Below, in pieces: positions 22,201-35,859 of a stretch of 64,000 nucleotides of DNA. This DNA is from Azolla caroliniana (Eukaryota; Plantae; Polypodiophyta): NCBI GenBank assembly GCA_043228905.1, contig JBHGNT010000004.1, positions 13,454,001-13,518,000 on the forward strand. Reading direction: 5' to 3'. Numbering within the stretch: the first letter of the stretch is position 1; each line of letters begins with the position of its first letter. The notes beneath the pieces were generated by a model that was not told the DNA's origin, made no database searches, and was given only the letters and a program-made list of their open reading frames with translations. The translations under genes were made by a program, and so were the position numbers.

Positions 22201-23039
22201 TCGGAAGATCATTCCCTTATTTGAGATCGACGTAGTCGAAATGATCGCCCCATATATTAGTAATGAAGAAAAGGATGCCGATGTCCCGGTCGAGACAAAA
22301 CTTTAATGGAGTTAAGGAATCAACAAGAAGCCATGGAAAAGGAGATGCAAGTATCACAGAGAGTGCATGCTTCTACACTCGAGGAATTGAATCTTGTGGA
22401 AAACAATGTTAATAGCCAGGGAAATGCAATCGGGCGAGAAGACCAAGCTCAAAGAATTATTACGACAATACAGAGATGTGTTTGCATGGTTGTTCAAGGA
22501 TATGTAGGGACTGGATGCTGCCTTTCGTCAAAATTAGATCAACCTAAATAAGGATGCTAAGCTTGTAAAACAACAACGTTACAGAATGAATCGTAATTAT
22601 GTGGTCAAACTACTATGGGTCGGATTCAAAAGTCTTAGCCCAAAAGTGAAAGAAGAAATTGACAAACTTCTATGGGTCGAATTCATTCAACCAATCAAGA
22701 AAGCCACTTGGCTTAGCCCAATAGTCTTAGTTCCCAAGAAGAATGGCAAATTTAGGGTTTGTGTTGATTATAGAATATTGAATGCAACAACAGTGATAAA
22801 TGCTTTTCTGTTACCTTTCATAGACGACGTACTCGATGCGGTGGCCGGTCACGAGATATATAGCTTCATGAATGGATTCAACGGTTATAATCAGATTCGA
22901 ATGCACGCAGAGGGTTAGGAAAAGACTGTCTTTGTCACCGAATGGGGCGTTTTTGTCATGGTCGTCATGATGTTCGGTCTCAAAACGGCCCAAGCTACAT
23001 TTCAGAGGATAATTATGGAAATCTTTTCGGAATAAATAC

Positions 23040-23864
23040 TGACAGGAACAACACGCTCCTTCTACGCAACGCTCAGCCACAACCGAACTTAGAATCATAC
23101 ACAGAAAACAGGAAATAAAACACGATACAAAGAAGAGAAGAGTACACAGGATGTTTACGTGGAAACCCCAAACTAGGGAAAAAACCACGGCAACCCACAG
23201 GCTGCAAACTATCACTATGTTAGAATGTACAACAGTGAGTTCACGGAGGCAATGACCTCGTGCTCATGATCTTCGCCACATGCGGCGGTTACAACAGAGG
23301 CAATGACCTCTTTCTCTCTCTCTCTCTCTCTCTATACACGGTTACGTGCTATCTCTCTTCTTGCACCAACAAGAAGGACAACCAACACTAAAAGTTTGCC
23401 CTAAGTCATATTTATACTAATATGACTTTTCGGCTATTTACAAATATAGCCATGGTGGACTCTCAGAAACATATTTACGAATATGTCTCTTTATCCGATG
23501 AGCACTCCTCACCGGGTCTGCACCATCCGGCTCGCCGTAGCCGGGTACTCCTCATCCGGTTCTCATCGGGTTTGCATCATCCCGCTCTCCGTAGCCGGGT
23601 ACTCCTCATCCGGTTCTCACCGAGTCTGCACCATCCGGCTCTCCGTAGCTGGGTACTCCTCATCCGGTTCTCACCGGGTCTGCATCATCAGGCTCTCCGT
23701 AGCCGGGTACTCCTCATCCGGTTCTCACCGGGTCTGCATCATCTGGCTCTCCGTAGCCGGGTACTCCTCATCCGGTTCTTAGCCTCGGCCTATCGGCCTC
23801 GGCCGAGTTTGTTCATCGGCACTGTTCTTCTCCCTTCCCATCGGGAGGGACCTGTCTCCCAACA
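23040..23864 (-). repeat. 3' LTR of F with about 5 copies of a 54-bp unit
   Basis: Matches 27950-28998; tandem array at about 23505-23780. Confidence 0.95.
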
Positions 23865-23874
23865 AACTCCCCCT

Positions 23875-26800
23875 TCACTCCGGCATGGGGTGTCTTACCA
23901 GTCTGATCCTCTTCCGACATGCATCCAGCTTGTCGGGTACCAACACTTTGGTCAGCATATCTGACCCATTCTCGGCCGTGTGGATCTTCATCAACACGAA
24001 CTCCTGGTCATCTACTCTTTCCCGGATCCAGTGATACCTTCGCTGGATATGCTTCGTCTGGGAATGGTAGGCCGCATTCTTAGCAAGGTGGATGGCACTT
24101 TGACTGTCACAATAGAGCTGGTATTCATCTTGCCGGATACCGAGCTCTCCGATGAATTCCTTCATCCATAATATTTCCTTGCCGGCTTCCACAGCCGCCA
24201 TGTACTCCGCCTCTATGGTTGACAACGCAACCGTCTTCTGCAGCCTCGACTGCCACGAAACAGCTCCCCCTGCATATGTCATTACATACCCGGATGTAGA
24301 CCGGCTGGTATCCACATCAACCGACATGTCCGAATCGGTGAAACCGTCAAGTTGAGGTTTTCCGGAGCCGAATCAGAGACACATATGTGAAGTGCCCTTC
24401 AAGTACCAGAGTATCCATTTGACCGCGTTCCAGTGCTCCTTCCCGGGATTGCTCATGAACCGGCTCACCACTCCGACTGTGTATCCTATATCCGGTCGGG
24501 TACACACCATTGCGTACATCAAGCTCCCGACGACAGAGGCATATGGAATCTTCATCATATCCGCCTTCTCTGCTTTCGTCTTCGGGCTTTGCTTACCGGA
24601 TAGCCTGCAGTTTGCCGGAAGTGTCGATCCGACCGGTTTCGCATCTGACATGTTGAACCGGTGAAGCACCTTTGTCACGTACTTCTCCTATGACAGCCAT
24701 AATTGCTTCACTGACCGGTTCCGGATAATATGCATGCCCAACATCTGTCTTGTCAGACCCAAGTCTTTCATTGAGAAGGTCCGGTTGAGAGCCTTCTTCA
24801 ACATCCGTATTTTGACTTGGTCCCATCTGACGATCAACATGTCATCCACGTACAGAAGGAGTATCAGGAAGTCGCCTCCTTTGAACTTCTTCACAAACAC
24901 GCAGTGATCGGCCTGCGTCTTGTGGTACCCTTGATCGGTCATGAAGGAATCAAACTTCCGGTACCATTGTCGGGGAGCCTGCTTTAGTCCGTACAGGCTC
25001 TTCTTCAGCCGGCATACCAGGTGCTCCTTCCCTTTCTCCACAAAACCCTCCGGTTGCTGCATGTAGATCTCCTCTTCGAGGTCGCCGTGAAGGAATGCCG
25101 TCTTCACGTCCAGCTGTTCTACCTCGAGGTCCATGCTTGCCACTATATTGAGCACCGTCCGGATGGAGGTCATCTTGACTACCGGGGCAAATATTTCGTC
25201 GAAGTCCATGCCCTTCTTCTATTGGAACCCCTTCACCACGATCCTGGCTTTGTATCTCGGGGGGTTGCTGGCATCTCCCGGTTTCAACTTGTACACCCAC
25301 TTATTTCGGAGTGCCCGCTTTCCTTTCGGCAACTCCACCAATTCGTACGTATGGTTCTCATGCAGGGAATCCATCTCATCCTGCATGGCACTTAACCATT
25401 TTCGGCTGTGGGTGTCATCCTTCGCTTCTTCGAAGCTTTCCAGCTCCCCCTCATCGGTCAGCAGCACATGCTCTGCATCCGGAAATCTCCGGGGGGCCCT
25501 TCTCTCTCGGAGAGGATATCTCCGTCTTCGGGATTCGGTAACCGGCTCCTCTATTTGCTCTTCATCCGAATCTGATTCGGGGTCTTGGCCGGTTCCGCTT
25601 TCACCTTCCTCTACTTCGTCTTCTGCCGGTTCGGTATCCTCACCGTAACCGGCTGGTTCCTCGAGTGCTAACCGGTCTCTTGCCGGTTGGGTCTGCTCAT
25701 CGTAGAATCGATCATTACCGATCGACTCAGAGTTCATTATCTTCTTCTCCGACTCCCAATCGGCGAGCGTCTTGTCCTCCATGAAGATAATATCTCGACT
25801 CCGGAATACCTTCTTGTCGACCAGGTCCCACACTCGGTAGCCAAACTCATCGTCACCGTAACCGAGGAATATGCATGGCCGGGTCTTTGGATCTAACTTT
25901 CCTCTCCGGTCCTTAGCTACATGCACGTACGCAAGACACCTGAACACCTTCAGATGCCGGTAGGATACTTCCTTACTGGTCCATACTCTCTGTGGCGTGT
26001 CTCCGTCCAAGGGTACTGAGGGTGACCTATTTATCACATATGTCGTCGTCGACAATGCCTCAGCCCAAAACTTCTTGGGTAGTTTTGCATGTGCTAGCAT
26101 ACTCCGAACCCTCTCCATTATGGTCCGGTTCATCCTCTCGGCCAGTCCGTTTAGTTCCGGCGTCTTCGGCACGGTAAATTCGAGCCGGATTCCTTTCGAG
26201 CGGCAGCACTGCTCGAACTGTCCCCGGTATTCTCCTCCGTTATCTGCTCGAACCGCCTTCAGCTTCCGGCCGGTTTCTCTTTCCACTCTTGCGTGGAGCT
26301 CTTTGAAGACAGATAACACCTGATCCTTCATCTTCAACGGTGTGGCCCACAGCTTCTGGCTGTGGTCATCTATGAATGTCACGAAGTACTGCGCTCCGGC
26401 ATGTGACTTCGTGTCTACTTGACACACATCCGTATGCACCAACTCCAGTGGTACATTACGTCTCATCGGTGGCCTTGGTCGGAAGGAGGTCCGGTTTTGC
26501 TTACCAGGCAGACAATCAGTGCACTTCTCCAAGTGCACGTTCTTCACTGGAATGAGGTTGTCGTCTGCAAGCCTCTTCATCCCCTTCTCGCTCATATGAC
26601 ACAGCCTCTTGTGCCACAGCTCACCGGCAATGTCGGATGCCACGTTCACTTCCTCCGGATATAACCGGGCATTCATGAGGTACAACGTGTTTACCTTTCG
26701 GGCCCGAGCTACAATCAGGCTCCCTTTGCTGAACTTCATGACACCGTTCCGGATGCTACCCGTGTAGCCTTCATCATCTAGCCGACCGGTTGATATCATA

Positions 26801-27920
26801 TTCAGTCGAACCTCCGGAACGTGTCGGACATCCTTCAACAACAACTTGCATCCGGTTGGTGTTGACAGCCACACGCCTCCTATGCCGACAATTCGGCATG
26901 TACCTTCATTCCCCATCCGGACACAGCCGTGATCACCGACTGAGTAGGATGAGAAGCATTTCCCGTCCGGGGTAAGGTGGAACGATGCTCCGGAGTCTAC
27001 CACCCAGGTCATCTCATCGCCGGCAAGGTTTATCTCAGTCTCCTCGGTGATGAGCATCAACTCTTCTTCACTTGCCGTGATTGCCGTCGTTCCCTTCCGA
27101 TCCGGCCCCCTCCGGTCTTTACCGTTCCGGTCCTGGGTCCGCTTCAAATCGGTACCGTCGGTCTCCTTATCTTTTCGGAAATGTCGACAGTTCTTTTGGA
27201 AGTGTCCCGGCTTTCCGCAATAGAAGCAAGTAGGCCTCCCCTTTGACTTTGACCGTGTCCCCGACTTCTCTCGGTTCTGTGGACTACGGTTTCTATGTCT
27301 TCCGTGTTTCGATTCGGTAAGGAGCACTTTGGAGTTGGAGCTCGTATCTTTATCTTTCCGACGCACCTCCTCATCTAGCAAGCTCGACTTTACTCTTGCT
27401 AGGGATAACCTCTTTCCTTCCGGTCCGGCGTTGCCCAGAGTGACAACCAACGTCTCCTAACTATCCGGGAGGGAACCGAGCAGGAGTAGTGCTAGTACCT
27501 CGTCGGCGAGAGGTACTTCCAATGAAGTTGCCTCGTGGATCAGCCCCTGGAAGGCATTCATGTGCTCCGCCATGCTGGAGCCATCTTGGTACCGGAGTCT
27601 TACTAACTTCCAGAATACCGAAACCTGATTAACAACATTTTTGTTTGAAACATTATGCCGATCTTCTCCCAGAACTCATGAGCCTTGCTCTCTTCATTGA
27701 AGTTGTTGTACAGGCTCATGTCGATGAAGCACCGTATGTACGCCGTTGTCTTCATGTGCATCACCTCCCATATTGTGGCGTCGATCTTGTCCGGTCTCTT
27801 GTCCCCGAACTGAACCGGTAACCAAAGATCTTTAACCACGAGCATGTCCCTCATCTTCGACTTCCACACTGAATAGTTGGAGCCGGTGAGCTTGAACATG
27901 CCGCCAAATGATTCGTCCAT
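23875..27920 (-). pseudogene. Copia F gag-pol, few lesions
   Basis: CFYCGKPGHFQKNC, WVVDSGASFH, ADNGGEY, LLYVDD and KHIQRRYHW across ORFs 27920-27603, 27450-25219, 25209-24688, 24678-24373 and 24327-23875. Confidence 0.92.
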
Positions 27921-27949
27921 TTTCTGTGTCGTCTTGCTCTGATACCACT

Positions 27950-28217
27950 TGACAGGAACAACACGCTCCTTCTACGCAACGCTCGGCCACAACCGAGCTT
28001 AGAATCATACACAGAAAATAGGAAATAAAACACGATACAAAGAAGAGAAGAGTCACAGGATGTTTACGTGGAAAACCCAAAACTAGGGAAAAAACTACGG
28101 CAACCCACAGGCTGCAAACTAACACTATGTTAGAATGTACAACAGTGAGTTCACGGAGGCAACGACCTCGTGCTCATTATCTTCGCCACAGGCGGCGGTT
28201 ACAACAGAGGCAATGAC

Positions 28218-28254
<37 letters not shown>

Positions 28255-28998
28255 CACGGTTACGCGCTATCTCTCTTCTTGCACCAACAAGAAGGACAAC
28301 CAACACTAAAAGTTTGCCCTAAGTCATATTTATACTAATATGACTTTTCTTCTATTTACAAATATAGCCATGGTGGACTCTTAGAAACATATTTACGAAT
28401 ATGTCTCTTCATCCGGTGAGCACTCCTCACCGGGTCTGCACCATCCGGCTCTCCGTAGCCAGGTACTCCTCATCCGGTTCTCACCGGGTCTGCATCATCC
28501 GGCTCTCCGTAGCCGAGTACTCCTCATCCGGTTCTCACCGGGTCTGCACCATCCGGCTCTCCGTAGCCGGGTACTCCTCATCCGGTTCTCACCGGGTCTG
28601 CCACATCAGGCTCTCCGTAGCCGGGTACTCCTCATCCGGTTCTCACCGGGTCTGCACCATCCGGCTCTCCGTAGCCGGGTACTCCTCATCCGGTTCTCAC
28701 CGGGTCTGCATCATCAGGCTCTCCGTAGCCAGGTACTCCTCATCCGGTTCTCACCGGGTCTGCACCATCCGGCTCTCCGTAGCCGGGTACTCCTCATCCG
28801 GTTCTCACCGGGTCTGCACCATCCGGCTCTCCGTAGCCGGGTACTCCTCATCCGGTTCTCACTGGGTCTGCACCATCCGGCTCTCCGTAGCCGGGTACTC
28901 CTCATCCAGTTCTCAGCCTCGGCCTATCGGCCTCGGCCGAGTTTGTTCATCGGCACTGTTCTTCTCCCTTCCCATCCGGAGGGACCTGTCTCCCAACA
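27950..28998 (-). repeat. 5' LTR of F with about 9 copies of a 54-bp CCGG-rich unit
   Basis: Unit CTCCTCATCCGGTTCTCACCGGGTCTGCACCATCCGGCTCTCCGTAGCCGGGTA; array at about 28422-28915. Confidence 0.95.
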
Positions 28999-31517
28999 TA
29001 TACTTGCATTTATGCAGGTATTTCTCGACGACTTTGTAGTCTACAATTGGAGAAACGATAATCTCGAACATCTCCAACTCTGTTTGGAGAAGTGTCAGCA
29101 AGGTCGGTTAAGTTTAAATCCAGTGAAATGTACATTCAACGTAACAAGTGGTACTTTATTTGGCCATATTGTTAGTCTGAACAGAATTGCTATCGACCCT
29201 GATAAAGTGAAAGCAATAATGGATGCACCATTGCCGACAAATGCTAAGGCATTAAGTCGATTTTTGGGCCAAATAAGATGGCATAGCCGAATGATAAGAT
29301 ATTTGGCCAACGTTGTTACACCTCTTCATGTTGCAGTGCATAGAACACCTTTTCAATGGTCGATGGCAGAACAAGATGCTTATGACGATCTGAAGAAGAT
29401 GTTGTTGAGAGTTCTAGTCGTTCAACCACCTGATTGGATAAAATACTTTCATGTATTTGTCGATGCATCCGATATAGCCATTGGAAGTGTACTAATGCAG
29501 TTGTCGGAGCCAAATTGGTATAGACCAATATACTACGCAAGTCGGAAGTTGTTGACTTCCGAGCGGAATTAGTCAACAACCGAATGAGAAGCTCTCAACA
29601 TGATTTATAGTGTAAATAAGTTTTGATACTATCTTCTCAGACGGAAATTTACCTTTCATGTCGATCATTCTGCTTTATTGTACCTAGTGTCAAAGCAATC
29701 TTTAACCAGGAAATTAGCAAGATGGATGCTTCTCTTATAGGAGTTCAAGTTCAACATTATTCATCGTTGTGGAGTGCAACATGCAATAATCGACAATTTA
29801 AGTCTATTAGAGTCCGGAGAACCGGGTGAAGGCGTTCGTGACGATTTTTCGGATGCCCAACCATTCCGAGTCAACGCTATTAATTTGATAGAAGTAGATG
29901 AAGAGTCGGCAAATTTATGGATCACAAAGATGACTCCATTTCTAACTACGAACTTACCACCCGAGGGCATGTCACCAGATGAAAAAAATAGATTGGTTAT
30001 TCAAAGTCAGAATTTCTACATTTTGAAGGAAACATTCTAACATAACGGAGTAGATGGAATTTGGCAGTGAGGGGACTGACAATTTGAAAAAGAAACCATT
30101 GTACGCGAAGCCCGCTATGGAATTGCCGATAGACGTTATGCAGGAGAAACAACTACTTGGAAGGTATGGAATAGTGGTTTATGGTGGCCTACGACGATGA
30201 AACACACGGTAAATTGATGTCCATAATGTGATTTATGTCAAAGGATCAATAAGCCCAATGAAAGAGACTAGATGCCTCATCAACCAGTCCTGCCACTCGA
30301 ATCATTTCAAAAATGGGGTATAGACTTTGTCGGGCCATTTAAGCCGGCAACAACAGAAACTGGTAATCAGTATGTTATAGTAGCTACCTAGTATTGTACC
30401 AAGTGGGTTGAAGCAAAGTTGCTCCGAGATAATACGACAACATCAATGGCCAAATTTCTATATGAATATATTTGGTGCAGATTTAGTTGTCCAATAGAAC
30501 TAGTAAGCGATCAGGGTACTCATTTCATTAATAAAGTAATTTATGAATTATAAAATTATTATGCTATAGTGCACAAGAAGAGTACACCTTACTATCCACA
30601 TGCGAATGGATTGGTAGAATCAACTAATAAGACGTTGCAGATGATTCTTTTAATGAGAATCGGACTGACTGGGATAAAAAATTACATAGTGCACTATGGG
30701 CATATCGAACAACCTACAAGACCATGATCCAATCCACTCCATTTTGATTAGGTTTTGGACTCGAAGTAGTAATGCCCATTGAATTTCAGATTCCGACTTT
30801 GAGAGTACAAGTGGCAGAATGAATGGATGAAGAGTAGTTGGAAAGAATTTGGAAAGAGCAACTTCTTGCATTAGAAGAAAGTCGGTTATAGTTGATGTGG
30901 CATTTAGAACATAAAAAAATGGAAACAAAAGTTTTTGTTGATCGACACCGATAGGGAAATGAGAAGCTTTTCGATATCGGCAAATTAGTGTTAGTATTCC
31001 AAACTAAAATGGGCTCTATGGCGGGGAAATTACAGTTTAGATAGACCTGCCCCTACTAGATCGTGAACAATAGCAAGGGCATTGATCAAATATGTACATT
31101 AGCAGGAGAAGTAATGCCGAAGTGGGTAAATAGTTTTCGACTGAAACCGTATCAGGGGCCGACACCAATTAATCCATTTTTACCAGAGGAACTATAGAAT
31201 ACTATAGGCAGTTGGCCGACTAGCTCTATAATGGTCGACAACCATAATCAATTCAGGGTTATAATTGAAATATTTAATATATATATATACAAGAAAAGAA
31301 AAATAATATAATACAAGAAAAGCAAAAAACTATAATACAAGAAAAGAAAAATAGTATAATACAAGAAAATCAGATCTTGGCATGAGTATTTCTTGGCACT
31401 ATCATTTCCAAATTATTTATAAAGGGCATGATGATTGATGGAAATCATTTTGAGGAGTGACTCTTAAAGGATGACATTAATAGAAGATTCTATTTTCACA
31501 CCGTTCCTTTTCAAATT

Positions 31518-32160
31518 ATGGCCCACTTTTATACAAAAACTTGTTTAGCCCGTTTTCCTGACACAGAAAACCACAGAGAAGCAGGATTTCACAGGAAAGC
31601 ACAGAAGAGCCGAACGAACAATAGAGAAGCACATGCGAGCGAAATAAGCAACAGGCCCACACGCAAACGACTTCTGCTCTCACATTCCTACAACCAAGAC
31701 ATCGTAGTAGTAGACGACAAAGAAAAAAATGACGGAATGCCGATCAACATTTCTGAACATCTAAGAAATTGGTTGAAGAGTAATGGGTTGGATGGTTATC
31801 TTTGGATAGAAAATGCCGAACTTCATCCACAGGCGAGCGAGGTAATTAAACAAATCAACATCGATAAAATCACAAACAAACAAGCATTCCGAATCTTAAA
31901 CCTAAAGAATGAAGGCTACAATGAGATGGATGCAGTAGAAACAAAGGTTCTTGAATCATATTTCAGTGAGTATTCCCCTTCGGTGAAAGCATACTGAACG
32001 CAAGGGGGTAGAGACCTGTTCTTTCATGATGTTGCAATTGTTTTATTAGAAGTGTCTTGTGTAAGTCCGCGATCATACTACATGCCCAAGCAGAGGGCTG
32101 GATTCATTATTGCAACATATGAAGGACAAACAATAGACAGGGGGTTACATTAATGGAGTA
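31518..32160 (+). pseudogene. Extra ORF downstream of the integrase in Gypsy E, unknown function
   Basis: 159-aa ORF that continues in frame beyond TGA at 31995; lies 3' of pol after TATAATACAAGAAAAG repeats. Confidence 0.45.
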
Positions 32161-34319
32161 GCCTATCATGAGCAGTTACATGGTGTTAAGAGAGGAAAAC
32201 CCATGAAGATGATTTTTTGCACAGTGGCTAACCATATTATGCCCAAGGCTAGTGGCCACGCAAGGACATCAAACCCTGGAAAGGGAACAAGGGCAGTCAT
32301 CACAAGCATTTCTGCAACAATCGGCACGAAGGAAAATACTAACATAAACACAAGAAAAGTGGCATGAAAATTAGGAAACAACAAAACGACCACAAGAAGA
32401 AGCAAGGACCAAGCCCCAACATACTAGTGATGAAGAACAACTTCGTAATACACACCAAGAATCTAGTAGGTCACAAGCAGAAACTCAGGCAACCTCACCG
32501 CGACATCCTAAAGAGAAGAGTCGATTAGCTTCACAACAAGTTGACACCAAACAACAAGACCAAGAAGTGAGTTGGTCGACAAAAAGGAGCAAATTCAAAA
32601 AGAAGCAACCATCCGACCAATAACAATAGAAGGAAGGAACAACAATGACTGTCAAACTAGTCGAATGCATTTCACGAGGCATAATGCGTTTCACTCTACA
32701 TTCTAGGATAACCTAGAATATTCTAGAGTGTTCTCTATTACTTATAAATAGGGATCTACCACTCATCCCAAACCTAAATTGGTTCAATGCCATTTTGTAG
32801 CCTACTCTTTGTAATCCATTTTACTCTTCAATATAGTAATTCTCTTTCAATTATCTCTCTCTCTCTCTTGACATTGTCGAATTGAATCTTGTCCTTCACT
32901 CAGGCTGCCTCCATTATCTTTCACGCATTTTCTAGATCTTCGGGCCTTCTTTCGAACTACCTTATCCACACCACCAATAATCCTTCTCAGCTCATCTTGT
33001 TCTCCCATGGTATCGCTACCCTTGAGGCGATCGTCCTTTCGATGGGCATTACCTGCTTTTGTCCATACATGAGCTCTATTGGCATATAGCTTGTCACAGA
33101 ACTTTGTGTAGTTTTGTCAGCCCACAAAGCATAGGGCAATACTCGTGGCCAGTTCCCTACTCGGCCGTCGCATGCTCGTATGATGGCTTTGACTATCTTG
33201 TCGAACTAAATCTTGTTCTTCATTCGGACTGCCTCCATTATCTTTCACACATTTTCTAAATCTTCGGGCCTTCTTTCGAGCTACATTATCCGCGCCACCA
33301 ATAATTCTTCTTGACTCATCTCGTTCTCCCATGGTATCGCTACCCATGAGGCGATCATTCTTTCGATAGGCATTACCCCACTCTATCCATACATGAGCTC
33401 TATTCGCATATAGCTTGTCCTAGAACTGTGCGTAGTTTTGTCGGCCCACAAGGCATAGGGCAATAGGGGTGGCCAATTCCCAACTCTACCGTTGCATTCC
33501 CGTACGATGGCTTTGACTATTGGCCCATGCCCTCACTTGATCTTCCCATTCGCTTCCAGATTGTAGGCAATCATGACACAAAGCTTCATGCCTAGTCGCT
33601 CGAAGAGCCCCATTGCTTCGTGTGCATCCAGCTCCCTTTGGTCGGCCACTATCTTTCCCACACATCCATATCAGGATATGACCTCTTCGAGTAGAAATTT
33701 GCAGACGACTGACATCGTCCTATTTGCCAAGGCCCGTTCTTCCACTTGATTTGTTAGGTCTTTGTTGGCCGTCGGCTCATGAAGTCGCGGCCATACTATG
33801 TTTTGGCATATCATACGAGCTGGTGGATTGGTTAGCTAAGTGCATATAGTTTGCTTTGGATCAATTGGTGTAGGAACGCGAGGACTGGGAGATGATCCAA
33901 CGTGCAATGCTCGGTGCACTAGAGCTGGAGGAGGAATGAGAGCTACAACGAATCAATGAACAACGAGATGTCAGGAATAAAGGTATATCAGACATACCAC
34001 CATAGGCTCATGAAATTGCGGCCATCCTATGTTTTGGCATATCATACGAGTTGGTGGATTGGTTAGCTAAGCGCATATAGTTTTCTTTGGATCAATTGGC
34101 ACAGGAACACAAGGATTGGGAGATGATCCAACACGCAATGCTCGGTGCACTAGAGCTGGATGAGGAATGAGAGCTACAACAAATCAGTCAACAACTATAT
34201 GTCACGAATAAAGGTATGGCAATTCAAATGCCTCCTTAAATACAGGTTTGGTCGAAGCTCATTAGGAATTGGCTAAAACAACTCGGGAAGCAAAGGAGAT
34301 AGTTTAGGTTTGCAAGTGT

Positions 34320-35490
34320 TGTCGAGGAAATCCTCGTGTGTTCGTGAATGAAGCGGGACCGCCGGGGTCTTGGACCGGAAGGACTCGATGTTTTACTAGC
34401 GTAAATGAGAAAGTATTGAAAATAGATAACTAGCTAGATTGACAGATATTCCAATTTTGAGATTGAACCCTTAACTTCAATTTTGAAAGATAAGATACAT
34501 CACCAATAGGATAACTAGATTTTTTATTATTAATTTCTTGATTCAATATATAGTTTCCTTTTTTTCTTTTCTTTTTCTTTTCTTTTTCTTCCTTTCTTTT
34601 TTAGATGCCCCCATGCATATGATGCATGTGAGGGTACAAGACATGCATACAATGCATGAAATGCATGCGATGCGTGATTGCCGTTTGGCGCTCATGCATT
34701 ACATGTGATGCATGATAACCATGTCACTCCTTTTGAAGCTCTCATGTATGAGAATTTACATGTGAAAAATACAATGATGAAAGTATAACTTAGCATAGTG
34801 GTAAGTCAATTGTCTCCTATTTCGGAGGTGCAAGGTTCAAAACATTACTTGTACCCTTCGGTATGTACAAAATGCCACTAGGCCCTAGGCTTATTTTCAA
34901 GTGTTTGTGTAATGTGCACACATCACACATACACAGGTTTAACCTTACATCTAGCCTTTCTTTTCCCGATTCTCATTTCATTCAATTTACAACATGCTAA
35001 CGTACGTGTGTAAGGTGCGGTGCGGATTGCACCTTCTCGATTTTGTCCATTCCACGTGATTTTCACACCGTTGTGGAAAATCTTCACGACATCCACCCCC
35101 ACCAAACCGCACGTCCTCTGGTACGTGCCAAGAAGAGAGTGTGAGATTTTGGCTACGGTGATCAATCAAATTCCTCCACGTCCTCGTTGACCTTGCTCAT
35201 GTTTGCGGGTTCCGCCCTACTATCTTCATCGTTGAGGTGATCGAGGTCAGGACCCTTGCCTTGTCTTTTCTTGAACATCTTAACTCTTTTCCCCGCGATG
35301 GGTATGGCCAACCTTGATCCGTCTAGCTCTGGGAGGTGGTAGGTGGCGTTGTTGTTGGCACTCATCACCACATATAGTCTGAACCACCTTCTAGGTAACT
35401 TTCTTGTTGGTTGTCAAGGTTGCGGTAGTAGACCAATACCCATTCTCCTTCTTCGAAGATCTTGGGACGTAGTCGATGTGTCTTGTCTAT
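34320..35490 (-). mobile_element. Partial Gypsy J (H/K lineage): integrase C-terminus, PPT and 3' LTR 34320-35091
   Basis: HRLRPKIFEEGEWVLVY and YHLPELDGSRLAIPIAGKRVK; minus strand reads GGTGGGGGTGGA then TGTCGTGAAG; LTR end matches the end of the H LTR. Confidence 0.8.
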
Positions 35491-35540
35491 CAAGATAACA
35501 CTCACATCATGCATCGAAAGGATCATGACACTCACATTAT

Positions 35541-35600
35541 GACTCGAAAGGATTTGAACCCATGACCTTGTTGTACACATCTCAAATTCTTAACCATTGT
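35541..35600 (-). other. tRNA-derived (SINE-head-like) remnant
   Basis: Minus strand has A-box-like AATGGTTAAG and B-box GGTTCAAATCC at tRNA-like spacing; no complete cloverleaf. Confidence 0.4.
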
Positions 35601-35859
35601 ATTAGTATTCTTATATGTATAGTTTTTAGAATATGAAATCTAATATCATAAGAATATTCTATATTACTCTACATTCTAGAATGACCTAGAATATTCTAGA
35701 GTGTTCTATACCACTAGAACCTTCTAGAATACTCTAGAGATCTTCTAGATTACTCTACATTTTAGGATAACCTAGAATATTCTAGAGTGTTCTCTATTAC
35801 TTATAAATAGGGATCTACCACTCATCCCAAACCTAAGTTGGTTCAAACTGTCAAGAGAG

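Larger units (their letters stand above)
23040..28998 (-). mobile_element. Ty1/Copia element F (Tnt1-like), full length, inserted in the RT of E
   Basis: LTRs 23040-23864 and 27950-28998; PBS 27936-27947; PPT complement ACTCCCCCT at about 23866; TSD AATAC / TATAC. Confidence 0.95.
19284..32690 (+). mobile_element. Degenerate non-chromovirus Ty3/Gypsy element E (LTR about 19284-19802, gag-PR-RT-RH-IN, extra 3' ORF); split by F; 3' LTR absent
   Basis: TG...CA AT-rich LTR followed by a PBS-like TGGCATGCCTAGT. Protease VDGGSG (about 21800), RT PKKNGKFRVCVDY ... VFLDD rejoining across F, RH VDASDIAIG, integrase remnants 30100-31200. The right boundary is approximate. Confidence 0.8.

Noticed and set aside
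28401-29039. 212-aa ORF of SSSGSHRVCTIRLSVAGY repeats (and 23422-23964); superficially CRISPR-like periodic array
   Set aside because: It is the translation of the 54-bp LTR minisatellite. The units are head-to-tail with no unique spacers, and there are no cas genes.
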